Shown: positions 18,417 to 28,170 of the stretch, one piece after another | Layout of the letters: every line of letters begins with the position of its first letter | How positions within the stretch are numbered: the stretch's first letter is position 1 | DNA from: Candidatus Kaiserbacteria bacterium | GTDB lineage: Bacteria > Patescibacteriota > Minisyncoccia > Phycocordibacterales > UBA2100 | Assembly: GCA_016217925.1 (NCBI GenBank) | Contig: JACRFK010000010.1 | Location: forward strand, 4,784 to 68,783 | Reading direction: 5' to 3' | DNA length: 64,000 bases | Program-made: the position numbers and the translations under genes | The notes under the pieces: model-generated | Databases searched by the model: none | The model's input: the letters and a program-made list of their open reading frames with translations, nothing else | Told to the model about the DNA's origin: nothing

Positions 18417-19700
18417 ATGAAGCTTCCCGGGCGTATCTACATGGTCGGTATCGGCGGCATCGGGATGTCGGCGCTTGCACAATACTTGGACCACACGGGC
18501 CACACGGTCTCGGGCTCTGACCGCGAGGAATCGCCCACGACGACAATGCTCGTGCAAAAGGGCATCTCCGTCACCGTCGGGCACGAACAGTGCCTTATTC
18601 CGGCCGACACCGAACTGCTCATCTACAGCGATGCCGTGCCGGAGAGCAACGTCGAACGGATGCGCGCAGGAGAAATGAAAATCCCGCAGCTGTCGTACTT
18701 CGAAGCGCTTGGAGAAGTGTCGCGCACCGCACGCACCGTTGCGGTGGCGGGGACCCACGGCAAGACGACGACGACGGGCATGCTTGCCAAGATTTTGCAG
18801 TATGCGGAAAAAGAGCCGACGGTCATCGTCGGTTCCATCGTGCGCGATTTCGGTTCAAATTTCTTGCCGGGCAAAGAAGACCTTTTTGTCATCGAGGCGT
18901 GCGAGTACCGCGACCACATTCTGAAGCTCTCGCCGCTCATACTCGTCATTACCAACATCGAGCTCGACCATACCGATTATTTTCCCGACCTTGCGGCATT
19001 GCAGGCGACATTCCGCAAGGCCGCCGCCCGCGTGCCCGCACACGGCATCATCGTGACGAATCCCTACGACCCGGCCATCGCGGCGGTGCTCTCCGATGCG
19101 GTCGCACCGATACTCGATTACACGACCCAGACGGTGCCCGCCCTTCTACAAATAGGGGAATTCAACCGCATGAATGCTAGGGCCGCCAAGGCGGCGGCGC
19201 GCGCCCTCTTCCCCCATCTGCAGGAGGAGTACACCGACCGCGCACTTCTGGATTTCAAAGGCTCTTGGCGGAGATTCGAATACAAGGGGGAGACCCCGAT
19301 GGGTGCCGTCGTGTACGACGACTACGCGCATCACCCCACCGCAATCCAAATGACTATCGAAGCGGCGCGGGAAATATTTCCCGATAAGAAAATCATCGTG
19401 GCGTTCCATCCGCACCTCTATAGCCGCACCCGTTCGTTCTTACAGGAATTCGGAATAGCGCTCGCCGAGGCTGACGAAAGTCTCATTGCGCCCATTTATG
19501 CCGCCCGCGAGGTCCCGGACCCGGGTGTCACCAACGAGTCCGTCGCGGAAACGGTCCGCCGCTACGGGGGCGATTCAATAGCGTTCGATTCTTTTGACCT
19601 CATCCGAGACAGGCTGCTTGCATACGACGACCGGTACCTCATCATCACGATGGGCGCGGGAGATATTTACAAAGTTGCGGAACAAATCGCGGGGGAGTAG
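18417..19700 (+). CDS. murC: UDP-N-acetylmuramate--L-alanine ligase
   Basis: First ATG (aa 9 of the track ORF, which begins at TTG). MVGIGGIGMSALA, GTHGKTTTT and DDYAHHPT are present. Confidence 0.9.
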   Translation: MKLPGRIYMVGIGGIGMSALAQYLDHTGHTVSGSDREESPTTTMLVQKGISVTVGHEQCLIPADTELLIYSDAVPESNVERMRAGEMKIPQLSYFEALGEVSRTARTVAVAGTHGKTTTTGMLAKILQYAEKEPTVIVGSIVRDFGSNFLPGKEDLFVIEACEYRDHILKLSPLILVITNIELDHTDYFPDLAALQATFRKAAARVPAHGIIVTNPYDPAIAAVLSDAVAPILDYTTQTVPALLQIGEFNRMNARAAKAAARALFPHLQEEYTDRALLDFKGSWRRFEYKGETPMGAVVYDDYAHHPTAIQMTIEAAREIFPDKKIIVAFHPHLYSRTRSFLQEFGIALAEADESLIAPIYAAREVPDPGVTNESVAETVRRYGGDSIAFDSFDLIRDRLLAYDDRYLIITMGAGDIYKVAEQIAGE

Positions 19701-19710
19701 TGTGCCCTTG

Positions 19711-20382
19711 ATGGGGACTCTTTCTATAGTCGCAACGCCCATAGGCAACCTCGGCGATATCACATTCCGGGGCCTTTGGAATTTGAAAGAGGCGAATGCC
19801 ATCTACGCGGAGGACACACGGGTTATTTCCAAACTCCTTTCGCACTACGGACTCCGCACGTCGGTGTTCCGGCTCGATGCGGCGACCGAAACGACGAAGG
19901 CAAAGGAAATAGCCGAGCGGTTGATACGGGGGGAGCACGTCGCATTCGTATCCGACGCGGGGACGCCCGGTGTGTCCGACCCGGGCGCGCGACTTGTGGC
20001 ATACGTACGGGAGAGCGTGCCTGACGCGACAATAGACGCGATACCGGGGCCTTCTGCGCTCACGGCCGCGCTTTCCATCGCGGGCCTCTCTACCGACAAA
20101 TTCCTGTTCCTCGGATTTCTCCCGCACAAGAAAGGCCGTCAGACCGCTCTCAAAGGAATCGCGCAGTGTACCGTCCCCGTCGTTCTCTACGAATCCCCGC
20201 ATCGCATACTGAAGTTACTGACCGAACTCTCGAAATTTGCTCCGAAAAGCCGTGTCACCATTGCGCGCGAGCTGACCAAAATCCACGAAGAAGTGCTGGT
20301 AGGAAAGCCGCTCGAACTCGCGGCGCAGCTCGAAAAGAAAAAAGCCGTCCGCGGTGAATTCGTCGTTATCGTTGAGACGTAG
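19711..20382 (+). CDS. rsmI: 16S rRNA (cytidine1402-2'-O)-methyltransferase
   Basis: 223 aa from an internal ATG just after the murC stop. MGTLSIVATPIGNLGDIT...AEDTR...SDAGTPGVSDPG is the tetrapyrrole-methylase-like RsmI signature. Confidence 0.85.
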   Translation: MGTLSIVATPIGNLGDITFRGLWNLKEANAIYAEDTRVISKLLSHYGLRTSVFRLDAATETTKAKEIAERLIRGEHVAFVSDAGTPGVSDPGARLVAYVRESVPDATIDAIPGPSALTAALSIAGLSTDKFLFLGFLPHKKGRQTALKGIAQCTVPVVLYESPHRILKLLTELSKFAPKSRVTIARELTKIHEEVLVGKPLELAAQLEKKKAVRGEFVVIVET

Positions 20383-20725
20383 GTTTTGCAATTGCCTGCA
20401 AGCTTCTGGAAAGTTTGTCTAGGAGAAGGGTCAAATCACCAATCATTCCTTTTTCAGCTGCGATTGCGGTAAGTGGTAATTCTTTTCCCCCTTTGATGTG
20501 CACATCAAGCGACCTCCGCGCCGTTTTTATTCCCTGGAGGGCATACTCCACGTCATTGATATTCATTTGCAACCACGGTCGGTACTCGTTGTGCTTCTTG
20601 CAAAGCTCCTTCGCCCGCTCGACGAGCGCCTGTGCCCGACTGATTTCATGCTGCGCACGATGTTCCTCTCCAATATGGTGAAGGTTGGATTTCATCTCAG
20701 GTCTGTGGCCCTCAATCATACTCAT
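20366..20725 (-). CDS. hypothetical helical protein (weak HEPN-like Rx4-6H motif RRSLDVH)
   Basis: 119 aa. The only motif seen is R-x4/5-H. No partner nucleotidyltransferase lies adjacent. Confidence 0.35.
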   Translation of the reverse strand: MSMIEGHRPEMKSNLHHIGEEHRAQHEISRAQALVERAKELCKKHNEYRPWLQMNINDVEYALQGIKTARRSLDVHIKGGKELPLTAIAAEKGMIGDLTLLLDKLSRSLQAIAKPTSQR

Positions 20726-20840
20726 AACTATATGGTATTTGGTGCCATAGGGAAGTGGTAAAACCCGTGAGATAGAGGGGTCGGCTGTTCACTTGCATTT
20801 CCTTTGGAGCGCAGTATCTCACGGGGTATACTTTGCCCGT

Positions 20841-21095
20841 ATGACCATAGACGCTCTCATTATGTTAGGCGGCGCCTTTGTGGCGGTGCTCCCATTTTTA
20901 GGATTTCCCAATAGCTGGGACACGTTCTTCTTTTTCTGTGCGGGGGTTTTCATCATCGCGCTCGGCATCGTCGTGCGCCGGCGCCTCGCCCGTCGGGTTA
21001 CGGCCGAGGGCTTAGGGCGTAGCTCCGGAGCACCGAAACATGAGGAAATATCTGTCAGGGATGTTCCTCCCCATGAAGACACCCTGGCGCAATAG
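20841..21095 (+). CDS. hypothetical small membrane protein
   Basis: Internal ATG of track ORF 20793. MTIDALIMLGGAFVAVLPFLGF...FFFFCAGVFIIALGIVV gives two TM segments. Overlaps the start of the next gene, so only one of the two starts can be right. Confidence 0.3.
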   Translation: MTIDALIMLGGAFVAVLPFLGFPNSWDTFFFFCAGVFIIALGIVVRRRLARRVTAEGLGRSSGAPKHEEISVRDVPPHEDTLAQ

Positions 21096-22296
21096 TTTTG
21101 CTATCGTCGGAGCGGGCCTCGTGGTCGCGCTCGGCGCCGCGTCGGCGGCCGAGTTCGTTGCACCGAATATTTCGTATACGCGAGTGGTGAGCCAAGCGGT
21201 GGACGAACCGCCGCCTCCCGAACCGCCGGCAGTTGCTCACGTGAAGACTCCGGATGACGTGCGCGGCATCTACATGTCGCAATGTGTCGCTGGCACCGTA
21301 TCATTCCGCGACAATCTGATAAAACTCATCGAGGAGACCGAGCTCAACTCCGTCGTCATTGATATCAAGGATTTCTCCGGCGGCATCGGATTCCCGACAG
21401 AAAATCCGGCGCTCAAGCCGTTCGTCTCCAAAGATTGCGGAGCGAGCGATATGAAGGATTTCGTTGCGTCGCTGCACAAAAAAGATATCTACGTCATCGG
21501 GCGCATCACGGTCTTTCAGGACCCGCTCTACGCAAAAGCGCATCCCGAACTCGCCGTACAAAAAACGGGCGGCGGCGTGTGGCACAATTACGGGGGCCTC
21601 GCATTCATTGATGTCGGCGCCAAGCCTTTTTGGGATCACATCGTCGAACTTTCCAAAGAATCATATAAGCTCGGATTCGATGAATTGAATTACGACTACA
21701 TCCGGTATCCTTCGGACGGCCCCATGAAAACGGCGGTGTACACATTTTCCGCGGGCAAGTCGAAAGAAGAAGCACTCGAAGAATTCTACAAATACCTGCA
21801 CAGCAAAGTGAAACCGATTGGCGTCGTGATGTCGGTGGACCTTTTCGGCTATGTGACAGTGCATACCGACGACCTTGGCATCGGGCAAGTCCTCGAACGG
21901 GCATTGCCTTATTTCGATTACATTGATCCGATGGTCTACCCAAGCCACTACAATGCGGGTTTCGTCGGGCTCAAAGACGTCAACTCGGACCCATACAAGG
22001 TCGTCTACGCTTCTATGGCGCAAGCGGTCGCACGCGTGATTGCGACAACGACCCCGAATTATTCATTCGACGCAATCCCGATAGCTTCGACCTCGCCGCA
22101 ACTGTACGAAAAGAAGAGCTATCCCGCCTCGGTCATGCGCCCGTGGCTTCAGGCGTTTGACTATCCGGTCGCATACACGCCCGCGATGGTCGCGGCCCAG
22201 ATCAAGGGGAACGAAGACGCGGGACTGGATACCTACCTCATGTGGGACGCGGCGAATAAGTATCGCAGTTTGCGTGAAGTGCTCGCGCCGCAGTAG
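21040..22296 (+). CDS. DUF4015-like putative glycoside hydrolase (GHL-type TIM barrel)
   Basis: 418 aa. N-terminal TM/signal, then RGIYMS...LNSVVIDIKD..., typical of the DUF4015 family. The start could be the downstream Met at 21073. Confidence 0.55.
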   Translation: MRKYLSGMFLPMKTPWRNSFAIVGAGLVVALGAASAAEFVAPNISYTRVVSQAVDEPPPPEPPAVAHVKTPDDVRGIYMSQCVAGTVSFRDNLIKLIEETELNSVVIDIKDFSGGIGFPTENPALKPFVSKDCGASDMKDFVASLHKKDIYVIGRITVFQDPLYAKAHPELAVQKTGGGVWHNYGGLAFIDVGAKPFWDHIVELSKESYKLGFDELNYDYIRYPSDGPMKTAVYTFSAGKSKEEALEEFYKYLHSKVKPIGVVMSVDLFGYVTVHTDDLGIGQVLERALPYFDYIDPMVYPSHYNAGFVGLKDVNSDPYKVVYASMAQAVARVIATTTPNYSFDAIPIASTSPQLYEKKSYPASVMRPWLQAFDYPVAYTPAMVAAQIKGNEDAGLDTYLMWDAANKYRSLREVLAPQ

Positions 22297-22319
22297 GGGA
22301 AATACGATATACTAATAAC

Positions 22320-24224
22320 ATGACTTCCGTTCACACGGATGATGACCGCCGTATCACGTATTTTGCGGCGACGCACACGCGCGGCAAGCGCGAAATGTTC
22401 GGCATTCGCGGGATAGACCGCGGCAAACACATCTACGTCATCGGCAAGACGGGTATGGGCAAGTCCACCATGCTCGAAAATATGGCGATTCAGGACATCC
22501 AGAACGGCGAGGGCATCGCGTTCATCGATCCGCATGGCTCCACCGCCGAGAAATTGCTCGATTTCATCCCGCACGAACGCATCAAAGACGTCGTATATTT
22601 CGCACCCTTCGACACCGACCACCCCATCGGATTCAATGTGATGGAAGACGTCGGCTATGACAAACGCCACCTCGTGGTCTCGGGCCTGATGGGGGCCTTG
22701 AAGCGCATTTGGGTGGATGCGTGGAGCGCGAGAATGGAATACATTCTGCAAAATACGCTGCTCGCCCTCCTTGAGTATCCCGACTCGACGCTCCTCGACG
22801 TAAACCGCATGCTCACCAACAAGACCTTCCGCGCCGCGGTCGTCGCAAAAATCACGGACCCAATCGTGAAAGGATTTTGGGTAGAGGAATTTGCGGCGTT
22901 TACCGACACCTATACCCGCGAAGCGACACCCGCCATTCAGAACAAAATAGGTCAATTCACCGCCAATCCTCTCATCCGCAACATCGTGGGGCAGGGGAAG
23001 TCTTCATTCGACCTGCGCAAGATAATGGACGACAAGAAGATTTTCATCGTCAACCTCTCCAAAGGGCGCATGGGCGAGACCAACGCTTCGCTCTTGGGCT
23101 CAATGCTCGTCGTCAAGATCTACCTCGCAGCGATGTCGCGCGCCGACGAGCCGGCGGCGCGCATGGCGAGATTGCCGCGATTCTATTTCTACGTCGACGA
23201 ATTCCAGTCCATGATGAACGAAGCCTTCGCCGACATTCTCTCCGAGTCGCGCAAATACAAACTCGCGCTCACGCTCGCCAACCAGTACATCGAGCAAATG
23301 GAAGAAGAGGTGCGTGACGCGGTCTTCGGCAACGTTGGTACGCTCATCGTATTTCGCGTCGGCCCCTTTGATGCAGAAGTGTTGGAGACGGTTTTTGACC
23401 CGACATTCACGCCGGAAGACCTCGTGGGCTTAGGCATCGGGCAGATATACCTCACGCTCATGATAGACGGTGTCGGCTCCAAGCCGTTCTCCGCGGAGAC
23501 CATTCCCCCCATCGATACGCCCCCCATTTCGTATCGCGATGACTGCATACAGAGCTCGCGAGAGCTCTACGGGAGAGCGCGCGCAGAAATTGAAGCTGCG
23601 GTCAATCAAAAACAGCTCGATTTTCAAGCGCTACCAAAGGAAAAAAAAGAACGTGAGAAGAGCACATACGGATCTCGGCCGCGGCCATCCAATGCCGCCC
23701 CGCGCGGATTTGTCGCAGATCGACCACGCGAAGCTCCTGCGGTGAGGAAGGAACCTTTGCCCGCGTCGCCGAATTCCGCGGACCGTTACGCGACACATAC
23801 ACCCACGGCTTCACCCGAAGTGGGCCCGTCTCGCCCGCCTCGATTCGGCGAAGCGGGCCGGAGCGGAGCCGAGGCGGAGCAGCGCTCGGCTCTGCGCGCG
23901 GCCATCGCGCAGGCGCGACCTGCGACCCCCGAAGCGCCAGTACATTCCGCCCCCATCCGCTCTCCTGCAGATATTTTGCGCGAACGACGAGCGATGAAAC
24001 AGCAACCGGCCACTCCACATGCGGCACACCACGCTGCAAGAGCCGGGCACTCCATAAAGCCGCCGCATATCCCGAATCCACAGCCTCATGCCCGCCCCGT
24101 GCCTCGACAGGACTTTTCGAGCGATAATGGCGCGAATGACACTGCCGACCTATCTCCTCAGGCGGGTGAAGTATCTCCTGAAGTTCTCAAACAAGTATTG
24201 CGCGGAGAAGGATCGAACGAGTAA
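22320..24224 (+). CDS. VirD4/TrwB/TraD-like type IV coupling-protein ATPase with a long disordered Pro/Ala/Arg-rich C-terminal tail
   Basis: 634 aa. Walker A VIGKTGMGKST, DPHGS (cf. TrwB DPNGD), Walker B FYFYVDEFQSM and LANQY are present. The last ~190 aa are low-complexity (PRPSNAAPRGF...PHAAHHAARAGHS...). Confidence 0.75.
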   Translation: MTSVHTDDDRRITYFAATHTRGKREMFGIRGIDRGKHIYVIGKTGMGKSTMLENMAIQDIQNGEGIAFIDPHGSTAEKLLDFIPHERIKDVVYFAPFDTDHPIGFNVMEDVGYDKRHLVVSGLMGALKRIWVDAWSARMEYILQNTLLALLEYPDSTLLDVNRMLTNKTFRAAVVAKITDPIVKGFWVEEFAAFTDTYTREATPAIQNKIGQFTANPLIRNIVGQGKSSFDLRKIMDDKKIFIVNLSKGRMGETNASLLGSMLVVKIYLAAMSRADEPAARMARLPRFYFYVDEFQSMMNEAFADILSESRKYKLALTLANQYIEQMEEEVRDAVFGNVGTLIVFRVGPFDAEVLETVFDPTFTPEDLVGLGIGQIYLTLMIDGVGSKPFSAETIPPIDTPPISYRDDCIQSSRELYGRARAEIEAAVNQKQLDFQALPKEKKEREKSTYGSRPRPSNAAPRGFVADRPREAPAVRKEPLPASPNSADRYATHTPTASPEVGPSRPPRFGEAGRSGAEAEQRSALRAAIAQARPATPEAPVHSAPIRSPADILRERRAMKQQPATPHAAHHAARAGHSIKPPHIPNPQPHARPVPRQDFSSDNGANDTADLSPQAGEVSPEVLKQVLRGEGSNE

Positions 24225-24258
24225 TACTGTTCTTGTCGTCGCGACCGTGGTGGGTGCG

Positions 24259-25617
24259 ATGGCGCTTCCTGCCAGTATATCCGCAGAGGTGGCTAACTTT
24301 GTTTTTATAACGGGTCCGCAAGTCGTGCAGCCGGGAGTCGTTTCGGAGCAGATAACCGTGCAGGCGCAATCAGCGGGAGGCGAAAGTAGTTCTCTCACGA
24401 GTACGGCATGTTTTTCGTTCGTGAGTACGTCGGCACAGGGAGAGTTTTCTTCCAATGCCACAAACTGGAGCCCTGTGTCGGTTCTCACAATGAACAAAGG
24501 CACCGCGAATAAGAATTTTTATTACAAGGATACGCAAAATGGGACACAAACGCTTACGATCAAGATTGCGCTCAAACCGGAAAGTGAGAGCCGTTCCTGC
24601 GCGAGTTGGCCGGTGGAAGAGTGGAATATGCAGTGGACCGTAACCCAAGGCATCACCGTTGGCGCGAGTTCGCCTTCCGGAAGTTCCGGTTCGTCCGATG
24701 GGTCTCAAGCCGGCACGACGCCGACCGGCGCAGAAGACTTTGGCCCGGGGAACAAGCCCGTCGGTTCGTCAAAAATGCCGCCTCCGCCGAAAGTATTTGC
24801 GGATGGCGGAGGCGACCGCACGGTCATCGTGGGTGCGGATACGGAATTTCGGGCGCGTGCGTACGATGAGAAGAAACATCTGATAGACTTCGCTACATTT
24901 CACTGGAATTTCGGCGACGGCTCGACCGCAGAAACCTCGGTCGTCTACCACCACTTCGATCATCCCGGACGGTATGTAGTCGTCCTAGAGGTTCCCGAAG
25001 AAAAAGATTCGGCCTCCGATCAATTCACGGTCACCGTGGAGAGGATGGAGCTCGGGCTGTCTCTATTTCCGGACGGCAGTGTTGCAATAGAGAACCATGC
25101 AGGCCGCACGCTCGATCTCTCTCGCTGGGCCATACGTTCTCTTGGGCGGACGTTCACTATTCCGGATCGTACGTTCGTTCTTACCCGCAACACGTTGTAC
25201 ATATCTCAAGATACGCTCGGGTTCACAAGCGGCCCGGACGTAGAATTAGATTATCCGAATGGCGTCTTCGCACTCGGCTTGGCACCCGTCGCGACGTCTT
25301 CGCTGCCGGTACGCGTGACCACGACCACCCCAGAAGATGCGGCAGAGGACCGCGACGAGGAGATTACGCAGGATCTTGCGAGCGAAGCAGTTCCCGCAGA
25401 GATAGATAGCGGGAAGACTGAACCACCGGAGTTACCGGCAACGAGCCCTAGTTCAGAGCAGGTCGCGGCCGCGGCGACCTCTCCGTCGGAATCTTCTTTC
25501 ATGTGGTGGTTCGGAGCCCTCGGCATTGCAGGGCTTGCCGCTGGTTCTTTGACACTTGCACGACGGTACGGCAAAAAGGAGTGGGACATCATTGAAGAAA
25601 GCGACGAGGCGGTGTAG
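24259..25617 (+). CDS. PKD-domain surface protein with C-terminal membrane anchor
   Basis: First ATG after the upstream stop (track ORF 24088 overlaps the ATPase). PKD signature FHWNFGDGSTAETSVVYHHFDHPGRYVVVLEV. C-terminal TM FMWWFGALGIAGLAAGSLTLARRYGKK. The true start may be an upstream GTG. Confidence 0.55.
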   Translation: MALPASISAEVANFVFITGPQVVQPGVVSEQITVQAQSAGGESSSLTSTACFSFVSTSAQGEFSSNATNWSPVSVLTMNKGTANKNFYYKDTQNGTQTLTIKIALKPESESRSCASWPVEEWNMQWTVTQGITVGASSPSGSSGSSDGSQAGTTPTGAEDFGPGNKPVGSSKMPPPPKVFADGGGDRTVIVGADTEFRARAYDEKKHLIDFATFHWNFGDGSTAETSVVYHHFDHPGRYVVVLEVPEEKDSASDQFTVTVERMELGLSLFPDGSVAIENHAGRTLDLSRWAIRSLGRTFTIPDRTFVLTRNTLYISQDTLGFTSGPDVELDYPNGVFALGLAPVATSSLPVRVTTTTPEDAAEDRDEEITQDLASEAVPAEIDSGKTEPPELPATSPSSEQVAAAATSPSESSFMWWFGALGIAGLAAGSLTLARRYGKKEWDIIEESDEAV

Positions 25618-25629
25618 TGTGAGAGCCAT

Positions 25630-26481
25630 ATGAGCAAACTCGTGGTCGTGACCGGTGGCGCGGGGTTTATAGGCTCGCATTTGTGCAACCGCCTGAAGGC
25701 GGAGAACTACACGGTTATCTCGCTCGACAATTACTTCACGGGTTCGCGCGACAACCATATTTCGGGCGTGGAGTACCGCGAGGGGCATACCAAGGACATC
25801 GAGAAGCACGTACCCGAGACGCCCGATATCATCTATCACCTGGGCGAGTACTCACGCGTCGAGAAAAGCATGGAAGAACCGGACCTCGTCTGGGACTTGA
25901 ATATCGCAGGTACGTTCGGTGTCGCCGAATACTGGCGCAAGCGCAAATGCAAGTTAGTGTATGCCGGTTCTTCCACAAAATTCGGTGACGGGGGTCTTTC
26001 CCGCGATGCGACCCCATACGCGTGGACGAAAGCATCGAATACCGAGCTCGTGAGCAATTATGGGGGTTGGTACAAGCTTCCGTACGCTATTACCTATTTC
26101 TACAATGTGTACGGGCCGCGTGAGCGGGCGGGTGCCTATGGCACCGTCGTCGAGATATTCCGTCAGCAGTACGCGAAAGGCGGGCCGCTCACCGTCGTCT
26201 CACCAGGGACGCAAAAACGCAATTTCACGCACGTTGACGATATCGTCGAAGGTCTGATGCTGGTCGGTGAGAAAGGAGGGGGCGACGACTTCGGGCTCGG
26301 CAACGAACGCGAGTACACCATTCTCGAAGTCGCCAATATGTTCTCGAATGAGATAACGATGCTGCCGGAGCGGGCGGGTAACCGACTCGCCTCGGGAATT
26401 GATACGACGAAATCAAAGTCGTTGGGGTGGAGCGCAAAGCACGGTCTCGAAGAGTACGTGAAGGAGATTACGGGAAAATAG
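25630..26481 (+). CDS. NAD-dependent epimerase/dehydratase (extended SDR) sugar-nucleotide enzyme
   Basis: 283 aa. VVTGGAGFIGSHL Rossmann motif, YAWTK (YxxxK). Confidence 0.8.
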   Translation: MSKLVVVTGGAGFIGSHLCNRLKAENYTVISLDNYFTGSRDNHISGVEYREGHTKDIEKHVPETPDIIYHLGEYSRVEKSMEEPDLVWDLNIAGTFGVAEYWRKRKCKLVYAGSSTKFGDGGLSRDATPYAWTKASNTELVSNYGGWYKLPYAITYFYNVYGPRERAGAYGTVVEIFRQQYAKGGPLTVVSPGTQKRNFTHVDDIVEGLMLVGEKGGGDDFGLGNEREYTILEVANMFSNEITMLPERAGNRLASGIDTTKSKSLGWSAKHGLEEYVKEITGK

Positions 26482-26482
26482 T

Positions 26483-27793
26483 ATGTCTGATAATCACATG
26501 TCCGCCGAAGGCGGATCCGCCTCCGGCGGAAAGCGCATTCTCATCTTTTCTCTCGCGTATTTTCCCAAGTATATCGGTGGAGCCGAGGTCGCTATTAAGG
26601 AGATAACCGACCGCAATCCCGATATCGAATTCCACATGGTGACGAACCGCTTTGATGCGGCGCTTCCGAAGGTCGAGAAGATAGGGAATGTGCTGATACA
26701 CCGCATTGGCATCGCGAGGCGAGGTGCTTCGATGTCGGACTTGCGGAAGTGGCCGCTTAACCTCAATAAACCACTTTTCCAATTTCTTGCTGCGTGGAAG
26801 GCGTTCTCGCTCCATCGCACGCATCACTACGATGCCATCTGGGCGATGATGGCGCATTCGAGCGGCATTCCTGCTATCATTTTCAAACTACTGCACCCGC
26901 GTGTTCCGTACATCCTTACGCTCCAAGAAGGTGATCGGCTCGAAAAAATAGAGCGGATGATGGTGCCACTCTGGCCCCTTTTTACGCGTGTTTTCAAGCG
27001 TGCCGATGTCGTTCAGACCATTTCCACATTCCTCGGACGCTGGGCGCACCGTCGCGGCTTTACGGGACGGCTTGAAGTTATCCCGAACGGGGTGGACGTC
27101 GCACACTTCTCGCGCAAAGAAATGCCTACGGTCATCGACGCCCTGAAAGATAGCCTTGGCAAAAGGATGGGAGATGTGTTCCTCATCACGACCTCCCGCC
27201 TCGTGCGCAAGAACGGCATCGACGTCGTCATCAAAGCGCTCCCGCTTCTTCCCGAGCATGTCCGGTTCATCGTACTCGGTGTGGGGCCCGATGACCTCAC
27301 GCTGAAGAGGCTCGCGCGTGAATGCAAAGTGCCTGAGCGTGTGAGATTCATGGGTGAAGTGGCGAATACGGATATCCCGAAATATTTGCACGCCTCCGAC
27401 ATATTCGTGAGACCATCGCGCTCCGAAGGCATGGGCAATTCATTCGTCGAAGCATTTGCAGCGGGATTACCCGTCATCGGCACACAGGAGGGGGGTATCG
27501 CGGATTTTCTTTTCGACCCCGAAAAGATTCGCGCAAGCGCGAATTCTCACGGGGCAGGCGAGGAGCGCACTCAAGAGTTTGGTGCGCCTTCTCCTGAATA
27601 TAAGACGGGGTGGGCAGTGGATACTGATTCGCCTGAACAAGTGGCGGAGGCGGTGAGAGACATCATGGAGCACCCTGAAAAAGTGCGCGCGGTCGTGGCG
27701 ACGGCGCATGCACTCGCGGTGGAAAAGTACGATTGGAACACGGTGGCGAAAGACATGCGCGAGAAAGTGTTTCTCCCGATCTTGAACAGGTAG
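26483..27793 (+). CDS. glycosyltransferase, GT4 family (GT-B)
   Basis: 436 aa. C-terminal EGMGNSFVEAFAAGLPVIGTQEGG (E-x7-E) motif. Confidence 0.8.
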   Translation: MSDNHMSAEGGSASGGKRILIFSLAYFPKYIGGAEVAIKEITDRNPDIEFHMVTNRFDAALPKVEKIGNVLIHRIGIARRGASMSDLRKWPLNLNKPLFQFLAAWKAFSLHRTHHYDAIWAMMAHSSGIPAIIFKLLHPRVPYILTLQEGDRLEKIERMMVPLWPLFTRVFKRADVVQTISTFLGRWAHRRGFTGRLEVIPNGVDVAHFSRKEMPTVIDALKDSLGKRMGDVFLITTSRLVRKNGIDVVIKALPLLPEHVRFIVLGVGPDDLTLKRLARECKVPERVRFMGEVANTDIPKYLHASDIFVRPSRSEGMGNSFVEAFAAGLPVIGTQEGGIADFLFDPEKIRASANSHGAGEERTQEFGAPSPEYKTGWAVDTDSPEQVAEAVRDIMEHPEKVRAVVATAHALAVEKYDWNTVAKDMREKVFLPILNR

Positions 27794-27854
27794 GGGATAA
27801 CTTGCTAGGAAAAACAGCCGGACGGGTGTCTGCTGGTATAGGGTAACTTAAGGA

Positions 27855-28100
27855 ATGCTCATGCCCAGAAACCGACGACTCGAGCGTATGCTGCGTGACG
27901 CAGCCATCGCCGAGGAGCTGCGACGCCGAGAGGAGTCGCAGAGGGAACGGTCCCGTTCCCCGCTTGAGCCGAATCTGCTCACTCTGTGGTTCCCGGGGTT
28001 TGAGCTCGGGGAACGCCTTGTCTTTGATGGCATGAATGCTGCCACAGAGGCGGCGGTTCAGGTCTTTCAGGGCTGGTTCAAAGCCGCACAGCGAATGTGA
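27855..28100 (+). CDS. hypothetical small Arg/Glu-rich protein (doubtful)
   Basis: 81-aa ORF in a 370-bp gap, followed by a GGGGGACGC-ggtt-GCGCCCCC hairpin. No family recognized. Confidence 0.2.
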   Translation: MLMPRNRRLERMLRDAAIAEELRRREESQRERSRSPLEPNLLTLWFPGFELGERLVFDGMNAATEAAVQVFQGWFKAAQRM

Positions 28101-28170
28101 TGAGAGCACATCTTGTGCTCGGCTCCAATAGGGGGACGCGGTTGCGCCCCCTTATGCTTTGCTATAGTGG

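Noticed and set aside
24088-24258. Upstream extension of the PKD-protein ORF overlapping the VirD4-like gene.
   Set aside because: It overlaps the disordered tail of the ATPase in another frame. The first ATG after the upstream stop is used instead, and the exact start remains uncertain.
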